A stretch of DNA of 63,566 bases, filler included, from Guillardia theta CCMP2712 (lineage: Eukaryota > Protista > Cryptophyta): assembly GCF_000315625.1 (NCBI RefSeq). It is 4 parts of 4 records of this genome, joined end to end, with 100 filler letters (N's around TTAATTAATTAA, not from the genome) between each part and the next. Parts side by side here need not be neighbours in the genome. Positions count along the whole stretch, not along the records: positions 43,309 to 62,252 come from NW_005434667.1; positions 62,353 to 63,566 come from NW_005434062.1; 2 more parts are not named here. One strand, 5' to 3'. Under the pieces are notes generated by a model that made no database searches, was not told the origin of the DNA, and saw only the letters and a list, made by a program, of their open reading frames with translations. The position numbers were made by a program, and so were the translations under genes. Of the stretch, positions 54,000 to 62,386 are shown piece by piece (positions within the stretch are counted from its first letter, which is position 1; each line of letters opens with the position of its first letter).

Positions 54000-56900
54000 T
54001 CATGCTTGTTCTCTGTTGGTCGTGTCTCCTCGTCTCCTTGAGGTCCACAGCATGTGTTGCACTTCGAGCAGCTGGATGACTATCTTGGTCATGGCTCTGT
54101 CAATCATATCCTCGTCCATGAGCAAGTTCCGGAAATTTGTGGTCCATTCCCGCTCCATAATACTGCCTCTCACTCCTGCAATGAACGTGGCTTGTATGAC
54201 CTCTGTGTTGTCGCTCCTACTTGTCATCTCTGCCCGCAGTGCTGCATATTTCTGTTCTTTCTCCTGAAACTTTGCTTTCAGGTTTGCCAGACTGCTTCCC
54301 TCGCCCGTGAACTCTGAAGTTCTTGCTATCTCCACCAGCACAATGCGATTGCTTCCTCTGAAGTAGCAGAGCCCATCTGGTATAAGATTGCCGTGCTCTG
54401 GTGCAGTCAGTCCTAGCCCTGTCATAGAGTTGATTGGCGTTTGCCACCAACTCTCCTGTTCAACACTTTTCTTCTTCCAGCTTTCTGTCAGGCATCCCTT
54501 GATTGTCTCCATTACTCTGTTGTGTGCCAAAGCGATCATGAGCTCAAATTCTTTGCAGGCTAGCTGGATATGCACCCAGCTTTCTTCCCTGCCTTCGCAC
54601 CATGGGCAACAGGGGGATGTCGTCTTCTTCCACTGGAACAGCTTTTTCCTCGTAGGTGCTGACCAGGTAATAGCTTGGATGGCTGTCCGAAGTACTGATC
54701 CTCGACACCTCTGTAAGGCTCGACCTAGGATCCTTCTGCCCACTTGTGGTTCCAGGAGAAAGGTTTCCGTCAAGGTAAGGGGGGCTTCTTTCCTCCTCAG
54801 TTCCAGTTGTTCTTCTCTGATTATCTTATCCCATATTTTCAGTCGATCCATCCCCGGCTTGAAGTTCTCTTCGTCTGCAATGCAGAATCCCAAGTCGCTG
54901 TCGATGAGGGCCCTTTCCCACGTGGAGGAGAAGGAGGATTTTCCCTTGCGAGCTTCCTCTGCAGCTTCTTGCACTACGGTGTGGTCTGCGATCAGAGAGA
55001 GGTTGATCTCAATGCCTTCCCGCTGAAATTTGCTCAGGCATTCCTGCAGTCTTCCTGCCAAGTCGTATACGAGCTCGTCTTCATACTGCATGGTAGACCA
55101 TCTGAGGGTGTCCGTAAGAAAGCGATGCATTCGGGTTGATTTAAAGAGGACGAAGATTTTCCTGATTGTTTTCTGTTTGCCTCTTTGTTCCCAAATCGCT
55201 TGTAGGAGTATGCAGAGTGCGATGGTATGTGCTCTGATGACGCTACATTTTCCGTGTATCTTGATCGCTCCGCGTTCCTGCTCTCCTTCCTTTTCTTGCG
55301 TGCTGTATCCTATCGACATTGATCGACCCTTCCTGTTTCGTGATATGTCGCCGTGGATTGCGGACCACACGTGGTTCCTGTTCTTCTCCTGTTTGGCCGA
55401 GGCTTGATAGTTTTCGTTTTGCTTCCTTCGGTATTCTTGTAGCTCCTCCTGTTCAGGGATCAGGTGTACTGTGAGTTGGACAATTATTCTCTCTTGTTCC
55501 GACTCTTTGCAGTAGACAATCAGGTCGTCTTGTGACTTCCTGAGGCTCCGATCGCCCGTCCTCCAGAAATTTGCAGCGTAACATATTTCTGATCCTTTAG
55601 GTACCTTACCGACTAGCATGAAGCCGTCAGGGATTTCTTTCCTGAAGCAAGTTTGGTTCCATCCGATCATGATTGTTCCGGACTCGCATGCGGCGTGGCT
55701 GAGGTATTGCTCCTGTTGGTCGATCCATATTATTTCACGTCGAACCTCGTCGTCCTGCAAGCTGTCTGTTGCGGCCTGGATTGTCGGGTGATAGAGGGTG
55801 GGCCAGTTGCTGAACTGTTTTGTTTCAGCGAGCATCCCCAAGTGTTCTAGAAATTCGTACGACAGCGGAAGGCCTTGTTGTCTATCTCGGATTTCAGCCA
55901 TGGCGGTGGTTAGATGTTCCCACCAAGCTTGCGAGTTGAGTAAGCTGTTGTGTTTTTTGCTGATATGCTTAGCAATTTGCAGTAGGATCTCTGTCTTCTC
56001 TGGGTTCTTGGCGCCATCTTCATCTTCTTTCCTCGCAAATGGTGCCGAGCGAAGGGAAGGTTCGGCTTCTTTGATGTCTTGTTCTTGGCCCGTGTGACTT
56101 CTGGGCCGGTCCATGATTGCTATGTCGCCCTTGATTTTGAAACTTTCCTTACCTTTTAGGATAAGGTGTTCCTGTTGATCCAGATTGCCTAGTAATTTAG
56201 CCATGAGGGATCTTGTGTTTGCATGAGCTGGGTGTGGCCTTCTCTCTTCTGCTGCTTCCCGATGCTTTTTGGATGTCTCCTCCCGGTCCTCCTCTGATTG
56301 CGGGTGTGACTTTCGTTTTCGGGTTGTAGCACTATCCTGTGTGACAGCCTCTCGTCTTTTCCTCTTTGTTCCTGATGCTCTGTTGACGCTGCTTACCCAG
56401 ATGACATTTTCTTGTAGCAATTGCATTACGATCCCCTCCGCCTCCTCGCGTTGCCTTGGGAAAGGCCAGAGCTTCCTTGGCAAATGCAGTTCTTCGTCCG
56501 CGATAGGTCGTACATTGCGTAGCAAGGAGAATTGGAGTTTCGGGAGTTGCCTCCATAAGGCTTGGAAGTTCGTCCAGCCCTGTGGTCTGTTACAGTCGTT
56601 CAAGTTTGCCACCATATCCTCCATCCTATGAAGGAGGGAGATGCTTCCAGGTAGGTGACCTGCTTCTATATGGGCCCAGCTGATCCTCGTGTTTAGTTTT
56701 TCCGCCAGCCAGACTGCTAAAGCTTCGGGTCCCCGCACCACATCCCGCTCCATAGTTCGAAAATTCATTTCTCTTTGGAGCTCGAGCATTGTTTGACACC
56801 CCCATTTTACGCACGAGTTTCTGAGTTTAGATATCAGTCTATCTTGGATGTCTCCACCATGCTTACTATTCACTTCTCGTTCGATGTATCGTAACGCTGC

Positions 56901-59900
56901 TCTCCCTAGGATTGGGGCAGGATGAGGGACCTGCAGCCCTCCATTCTCTGTTGGCAGGTAGAATATACCATTCCCTGTACTTTTGCTTAGGCCTAACGCT
57001 TTTTTAAAAGCTCGTATCCACAGTTGATCTAATTCTTGTAGGTCTCGCCAAGTCCATCCAGTCATGACTGCGGAGTAGCGAAAGACGTTGAGAATTCCAA
57101 CTTTCACCAGGTAAAATTTTTGCGCAGGAGTATAACTCGACGAGCTGATATTGTTGATCAGTTCTTTGGTTTCTTCAAAGACGTATGCTCGTTCTCCCCA
57201 AGTGAAAGGGCAGCCCTTTATTCTTCGTCTTTCTTCCTTCCACAGAGAGATGCGATAGCCGAGATATTTGAACGGTTTAGTAGCCGGTAGGGCTTCGACA
57301 GGTTCCCCCATGACCGTTATTTTGTTCGCACCAGGAACCTCTCCCTTGCGAGCATAGTCGAAGCTGGTTATCTCTGATTTCTTATTGTTGATTTGCAGTC
57401 CTGACCATTTGCAGAAGGAATCCACCACTGCTACCAACTCTCGCATTTCTTTCATCGTGTGTGCGATGAGTACCATGTCATCGGCGAAGGACAGGTTGTT
57501 TGTTGTTCCTGTGCTGCACTTGTCCAATTGCCTAGAGAGGATGCATAGCACCAAGTTGGCCAGTTGTGGGCTACTTGCTCCACCTTGTGGCAGCCCGATC
57601 ATTAGAGGTATTTTCCCTGTGTTGAACTCGTTTGTTTGTATTTGCAGTTCGACTCCACTGTTGCAGGCTATCACAGTTCTAATGTCTTCAGGATGGAAGC
57701 CTAGGCTGTTCATTGCCTGCTCGACCACCTCGATCGCCACATTGTTAAAGAAGTTCGCAAAGTCCAGGTACAAGAGAATGAGGGACGTTTTGGCCTCTTC
57801 TGCTTCTTCTACGATCGAGATCAGTCGATGAGCCTGCCGACTTGTGCTTCTGCCTGGACGGAACCCCTCCTGGAAGTTTGTGAGGACGTTATTTGCTTCT
57901 ACTGTCTTACTCAGACGATGCGCCAGGATTGCCTGAACTAGTCGAGTAAGCGTTGACATGACGCATATTGGCCGCATGTTTTCGAGAATGTGACAGAATT
58001 GATTTTTTGGCAGGAGGCGTACTCTCGCTGTCTTGTTGAGAACCTCAGCTTTGCCTTCTAGGGCTGCATTGACTAACTTACCAACTTCCTCTCGGCATGC
58101 TGGTGGCAGCGCCCGCAGCACTTCGTTCGAAATGAGGTCAAGTCCTGCAGCCTTTCGTCTCGGCGCCGAGGCGAGCCAGACATCAATCTCTCCCGGTGCC
58201 AGGGGTCTGGTGATTTCCTGTTGTTGTCTCCTTGAAAGCTGCACCCCCTCAGGCGGTGTGATCCGTCTTGGGGCCACGGTTGTGAACGACTTACATTTTG
58301 TGCAGTACGGGGTAATCCCTCCCCCTCCGATGGTCTCGTCGCTTGAGTCAGCCAAGGGGAGCATACATCCGATGTTTGAGCATTTTAAGCAGGTCCCTTG
58401 TTTCGTGCATGCGTTGACGCTGAAGAAGAATCGTGTATGGTCCGCGTCCTCTAGCTCTCTAACCTTCTGCATTGGGAGATGATCCGTGAGATCACGGTAT
58501 CCTGCTATCTCCCATGTTGTTTTATCCGATTCTTCTAGTGCTACAATTGCTTTCGTGATTGTGTTTGCAGGTAGCAGTGATAGAAAGATCCAGTCATCTG
58601 TCCCTTCTCGCTCGATCCCAATCATCAGTTGCTGGTTTGCACTCCAAAATGCTCTAACGCCCCTCGTGTCTTCGCTAGATAAGGTTGCTTCGATTTGGTT
58701 GATGAGCTCGTCGGCATTGTCGACTATCTTGCCGAGCAGTCGAAGAGCCAAGCCTTTGTGGCAACGAAGGGAGTTAGGGTGTTTTTTCTTGATGTCTTGA
58801 CTTATCATCGGTTCTTTGGGAATGAAATCATTCTTGCGTCCCATTGCATTCTGGGATTCACGGCTGCCTACCGTGCCTAGCCGTGTTTGCTGCTGTTGGC
58901 AGATCTCTTGGAAAACTTCGTTGTTTTGTTCTTCACATATCGTTCTGAACCTCTCGATCTTAGTTCGCAATTCTCTTTGTAATGTAGCTTCCGTAGGTAC
59001 TCCAGTCGCTGGGCTTTGCTGTGATGCTTCCCTAAGTTTAGTCCGCAAGTTGCGGATCGATCTCTTCAAATCCATTTGTTCTTTGTTCGAATGTCGCCTC
59101 CCTCCCTTTCTGATTTTCACCTCCTTTAGTGGTAGAGAGTTGGCGAGCATCTCACAAATGTTACATTCTTGCGCCTTAGCTCGCATGTCTCGTATGTTTG
59201 CATCTAGTTGTTGCGCCCATTCGATCTTCTTCTCCTCCCACGAATCGCGATCCAGCACCCATCTGCTTTTAGGGGTTTCCCCCTTCTTCTGTCGTGAATT
59301 CATCTGATGCACTTCTACTCGTGGGATTAGCTGCGTCTCCTCGGACGTGAACTTGGTGTGTACTTGCACCACCAGGGCTCTGTGATCAACTGCTCCCCCT
59401 ATCACACAGCCGTCGACCGTCCACGATTGAAGGGAGATGTTTGGAAAGTTGTCCTCGTCACTTGGGGGGTGAATAGCGAGAACTGCGTCGAGTTTGGCTT
59501 CTATCAGTTCTTGTTTGTACCATGTTGAGAAGGTAAATGTTGTCCCAGTCTCGCTGATCTGTTCATATGAGAGTGTACGGTGTGCGGAAAGGTCTGCCAG
59601 GAATTTCTCGAATCTCTCATCTGCTTTTGCGGTGATAGATGAGGGGGAATATCCTCTCCGCATTGGTGTTGTTGTGTTGGTTCTTGCTGCATTAAAGTCT
59701 CCGGCTATGATGTGTGTCTCTCTCGTTCCCAGAGCGAGGTGTAGCAGCTCTGCCCACAGTTCCCCTTGCTCTCGAATCGCATTTTCCGCAGGTACCTGAT
59801 GGAGGTTTGTGACTAAGAAAGAGTTTTTCCCTGTTCCGACTTTGATCGAAAACACTCGGTTTCGATATTTCTTTTCTTTGTTGCACGCCTGGTGAGCGGC

Positions 59901-61439
59901 AGGGGAGGGTGACGGCGACAGGGCCGCATGTACCAGCGTTACCAACCTCAGGTCTCCTTTCCCCTTCTTCGCATTGATCTTTGCAGGCCCCAGGAAGATT
60001 CTGTAGCAGGCCCAGTTCTCCTTGATCATCTTCCTTAATTTGTTCTCGTCGCGGGCCGAGACCCTTACCTCTTGTAGTAGCACAACCCCAGGTTGGAAGG
60101 ACTGGATTAAGTATGCGAGGATGTGCTTGAGAACAAAGTGATTGCAACCATTCACATTTTGTGAGATGAGGAAACCTGGGTCTGAGCTTTTTCGATGCAT
60201 CTGCGCCCAATCATTGCCCCTTTGCTCCTCCTGCCTTTCCCCCCTCCGCTCCTTCCCTCTCTGGGAGGTTTTCTCTCCTGATTGTGCATTCTCCTCCATT
60301 TCCTCACCCAGATGTCTTGGTTGGGGCTTCGTGGAGGTCGCCTGCCGCTGGATTGCGATCGGCTGTACCTCCTCCTCAAGCTTTGTCGTCGAGGTCATCA
60401 GCCGCTGGATCGCGTGTGGCTGTACCTCCTCCTCAAGCTTTGTCGTCGAGGTCATCAGCCGCTGGATTGCGTTCGGCTGTACCTCCTCCTCCGGCTTTGT
60501 CGTCGAGGTCATCAGCCGCTGGATTGCGTTCGGCTGTACCTCCTCCTCCGGCTTTGTCGTCGATGTCAAGTTCTCTTGCACCCTCGCCTCCTTCGGCAGA
60601 GATCGCAGAATTACCTGGGCCGTTTCCTCCATCTTCTCCAGATGGGTGAGAGCTTCCATCGTTGCTAGCCAGTCTTGATTTGTCTCGCAGAGCAGTAGGG
60701 TGTGAAGGATAGCGAACACTCCGCAGTTGAAGTTATCTTCCTGTTGGAAGGCTGAGCACCACTTTACCTGCCATGGGGCGTTGGTCTGATCGTCAAAGAT
60801 GTGTTCGATCACTCCGATTGTCAGCTCAGCCATTTCTCTTGCTCCGTGCTCCCCCGTTGTTGCAAGATTCCTCGCTCCCTCGATCCCTCGTGGGTCCCTC
60901 GTTGTGCTCGTTCTGTCCTCGCAGAGAGGGTCCAATATGTACGCGCATCGCCGATCATATCTTAATGCAATTAGAATCCAGTGGTTGCTGTGGATGATAG
61001 TTGGAAACAGGAAGGTGTGTTGCTCATCTCTCAAGCTGCTGAGGTGAAATCTGTTCCCGACTCTCCAGCGGGACGCCTCGTCTCGCAGACTGGATATTAC
61101 CCTTGGCAAGAAGATGATGTTCCGCGTTTGCTGGTCCTCGTGGGCTCTCCCTTTGCGTACCATGTGTATTGCTCGTCCTCCTTGAAGAGCCTTGCTCATC
61201 TCATTGAGAGTAACTTCGATCATGTTCTCGCATAAAAATCCGCTTACTCCTCGATTGTTCAGGGCAGTGATGCCAAATTCCTTGTCGCCTCGTTTGTCTG
61301 ACCATGGGATCTCCTCGATCCAATCAAAAAAATACAGTGTTCTATCTACATGTTGCGTTTCCTTTGAAACCGTTTCCATCTCCCCCCCTTGCCTACTCCC
61401 GGCACTCCCCCCTTCCTCCTCCCTTCCTCCTCCTGTCAT
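54000..61439 (-). CDS. ORF2 polyprotein, 2479 aa: Ulp1/C48 protease, AP endonuclease, Cys cluster, reverse transcriptase, degenerate RNase H, CCHC + restriction-like endonuclease
   Basis: Protease NHWIL..LDPL..QQEDNFNCGVF; APE SQNVNG, LQE, GDFN, KLD, DH; RT RPI, QEGFRPGRST, LDFANFF, GLPQGGASSP, FADD, KYLG; C-terminal CPWC-x8-H-x4-C, AHN, PD..VEIA, EKEQKY. Confidence 0.95.
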   Translation of the reverse strand: MTGGGREEEGGSAGSRQGGEMETVSKETQHVDRTLYFFDWIEEIPWSDKRGDKEFGITALNNRGVSGFLCENMIEVTLNEMSKALQGGRAIHMVRKGRAHEDQQTRNIIFLPRVISSLRDEASRWRVGNRFHLSSLRDEQHTFLFPTIIHSNHWILIALRYDRRCAYILDPLCEDRTSTTRDPRGIEGARNLATTGEHGAREMAELTIGVIEHIFDDQTNAPWQVKWCSAFQQEDNFNCGVFAILHTLLLCETNQDWLATMEALTHLEKMEETAQVILRSLPKEARVQENLTSTTKPEEEVQPNAIQRLMTSTTKPEEEVQPNAIQRLMTSTTKLEEEVQPHAIQRLMTSTTKLEEEVQPIAIQRQATSTKPQPRHLGEEMEENAQSGEKTSQRGKERRGERQEEQRGNDWAQMHRKSSDPGFLISQNVNGCNHFVLKHILAYLIQSFQPGVVLLQEVRVSARDENKLRKMIKENWACYRIFLGPAKINAKKGKGDLRLVTLVHAALSPSPSPAAHQACNKEKKYRNRVFSIKVGTGKNSFLVTNLHQVPAENAIREQGELWAELLHLALGTRETHIIAGDFNAARTNTTTPMRRGYSPSSITAKADERFEKFLADLSAHRTLSYEQISETGTTFTFSTWYKQELIEAKLDAVLAIHPPSDEDNFPNISLQSWTVDGCVIGGAVDHRALVVQVHTKFTSEETQLIPRVEVHQMNSRQKKGETPKSRWVLDRDSWEEKKIEWAQQLDANIRDMRAKAQECNICEMLANSLPLKEVKIRKGGRRHSNKEQMDLKRSIRNLRTKLREASQQSPATGVPTEATLQRELRTKIERFRTICEEQNNEVFQEICQQQQTRLGTVGSRESQNAMGRKNDFIPKEPMISQDIKKKHPNSLRCHKGLALRLLGKIVDNADELINQIEATLSSEDTRGVRAFWSANQQLMIGIEREGTDDWIFLSLLPANTITKAIVALEESDKTTWEIAGYRDLTDHLPMQKVRELEDADHTRFFFSVNACTKQGTCLKCSNIGCMLPLADSSDETIGGGGITPYCTKCKSFTTVAPRRITPPEGVQLSRRQQQEITRPLAPGEIDVWLASAPRRKAAGLDLISNEVLRALPPACREEVGKLVNAALEGKAEVLNKTARVRLLPKNQFCHILENMRPICVMSTLTRLVQAILAHRLSKTVEANNVLTNFQEGFRPGRSTSRQAHRLISIVEEAEEAKTSLILLYLDFANFFNNVAIEVVEQAMNSLGFHPEDIRTVIACNSGVELQIQTNEFNTGKIPLMIGLPQGGASSPQLANLVLCILSRQLDKCSTGTTNNLSFADDMVLIAHTMKEMRELVAVVDSFCKWSGLQINNKKSEITSFDYARKGEVPGANKITVMGEPVEALPATKPFKYLGYRISLWKEERRRIKGCPFTWGERAYVFEETKELINNISSSSYTPAQKFYLVKVGILNVFRYSAVMTGWTWRDLQELDQLWIRAFKKALGLSKSTGNGIFYLPTENGGLQVPHPAPILGRAALRYIEREVNSKHGGDIQDRLISKLRNSCVKWGCQTMLELQREMNFRTMERDVVRGPEALAVWLAEKLNTRISWAHIEAGHLPGSISLLHRMEDMVANLNDCNRPQGWTNFQALWRQLPKLQFSLLRNVRPIADEELHLPRKLWPFPRQREEAEGIVMQLLQENVIWVSSVNRASGTKRKRREAVTQDSATTRKRKSHPQSEEDREETSKKHREAAEERRPHPAHANTRSLMAKLLGNLDQQEHLILKGKESFKIKGDIAIMDRPRSHTGQEQDIKEAEPSLRSAPFARKEDEDGAKNPEKTEILLQIAKHISKKHNSLLNSQAWWEHLTTAMAEIRDRQQGLPLSYEFLEHLGMLAETKQFSNWPTLYHPTIQAATDSLQDDEVRREIIWIDQQEQYLSHAACESGTIMIGWNQTCFRKEIPDGFMLVGKVPKGSEICYAANFWRTGDRSLRKSQDDLIVYCKESEQERIIVQLTVHLIPEQEELQEYRRKQNENYQASAKQEKNRNHVWSAIHGDISRNRKGRSMSIGYSTQEKEGEQERGAIKIHGKCSVIRAHTIALCILLQAIWEQRGKQKTIRKIFVLFKSTRMHRFLTDTLRWSTMQYEDELVYDLAGRLQECLSKFQREGIEINLSLIADHTVVQEAAEEARKGKSSFSSTWERALIDSDLGFCIADEENFKPGMDRLKIWDKIIREEQLELRRKEAPLTLTETFLLEPQVGRRILGRALQRCRGSVLRTAIQAITWSAPTRKKLFQWKKTTSPCCPWCEGREESWVHIQLACKEFELMIALAHNRVMETIKGCLTESWKKKSVEQESWWQTPINSMTGLGLTAPEHGNLIPDGLCYFRGSNRIVLVEIARTSEFTGEGSSLANLKAKFQEKEQKYAALRAEMTSRSDNTEVIQATFIAGVRGSIMEREWTTNFRNLLMDEDMIDRAMTKIVIQLLEVQHMLWTSRRRGDTTNREQA

Positions 61440-61448
61440 GATTCGGTT

Positions 61449-62252
61449 TTAGAGTTGAGAGGCAACCTCTCCCTCTTGGTTGCCACTCTCCTCTTCCATC
61501 TCCAGTCCCATCTCCTCCTCTGCCTTGCTCAAGAGAAACTCAATTTCGTCTCCCGAGCCAACGCTGCCTTGATAGGTTAGCGTAGCTGTGGAAACTACTT
61601 TATTCAGGGCAAGAAACAACAGGTCAGTTCGAAATTCTTTTTGTTGTTTCTCCCCTCCTCTCCCTGTTGCTTTTGCAAAGGCTCCCTGGCGTCTTCTTGA
61701 TGCTACCGTCTCCCACGCATGCTGCTCGCTTACTCTTGCAATCTTACTCTTCAAAACTTGCATGTCGTCGTCCTGGGTTGCCGAGGATGATTCCGCCCAT
61801 TCCTTCAGCGTCGGAAAACATGCATTTCCAGGAGATGACAAGCTGTCGTACAGGCCGACGATGGCTCCATCGAGCCTGAGTTTGCAAGCTTGGTTTTCTG
61901 CACTCTGTCCCTGGTTGACAGTCTCCTCTAGAACTTTGTAGATGTCTTCGAGGACCACGTTTGCCTCTGGTTCTGGGATGTTGATCTCATTCTCGATCCG
62001 TTCGAGATCTACCTGAGCCCAAAGAGGCTCTGTAGGGGGTTCTGTAGCGATCGCTTCCCAGATGTTGGCACTGCCTGGCTCTAGGAGAAGAAGTTTCCCT
62101 GCCCTGTCCCATGGCGCAAAGGACCTGAGGATGTCAATCGCCGTTTCTTTTTCTGAGAAGCTGAGCACTAGATGTTCACCGTTCCAGCTGTTGGTCTCGA
62201 CATCTTCTTTCGAGGAGATCTTGACGATGTGCTCAGCCGCTGACTCCTTCCA
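61449..62252 (-). CDS. ORF1 C-terminal part, copy 3 (partial)
   Basis: Nearly identical to 49447-50250; open into the gap. Confidence 0.85.
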   Translation of the reverse strand, partial: WKESAAEHIVKISSKEDVETNSWNGEHLVLSFSEKETAIDILRSFAPWDRAGKLLLLEPGSANIWEAIATEPPTEPLWAQVDLERIENEINIPEPEANVVLEDIYKVLEETVNQGQSAENQACKLRLDGAIVGLYDSLSSPGNACFPTLKEWAESSSATQDDDMQVLKSKIARVSEQHAWETVASRRRQGAFAKATGRGGEKQQKEFRTDLLFLALNKVVSTATLTYQGSVGSGDEIEFLLSKAEEEMGLEMEEESGNQEGEVASQL

Positions 62253-62352
62253 NNNNNNNNNNNNNNNNNNNNNNNNNNNNNNNNNNNNNNNNNNNNTTAA
62301 TTAATTAANNNNNNNNNNNNNNNNNNNNNNNNNNNNNNNNNNNNNNNNNNNN
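62253..62352. other. Artificial contig/scaffold linker
   Basis: N44-TTAATTAATTAA-N44. Confidence 0.95.
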
Positions 62353-62386
62353 GCATACACTGCTGGAGGGCATGCAGCAGGAGCCG

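Larger units (their letters stand above)
53424..62252 (-). mobile_element. Telomere-inserted dual-endonuclease non-LTR retrotransposon, copy 3 (subfamily I; 5' end cut by the contig end)
   Basis: ORF1 3' half, intact ORF2, a 3' UTR of about 550 nt, and a tail joined to telomeric repeats. Confidence 0.95.

Noticed and set aside
53503-54048. 181-aa third ORF in the element 3' UTR
   Set aside because: Overlaps the ORF2 end, is low-complexity and derives from UTR repeats; no second copy is available to test conservation.
54000-61439. Telomerase (TERT) or Penelope/Athena-like RT
   Set aside because: APE and C-terminal CCHC/RLE motifs and LINE-type RT motifs; no TERT T motif or GIY-YIG domain seen.
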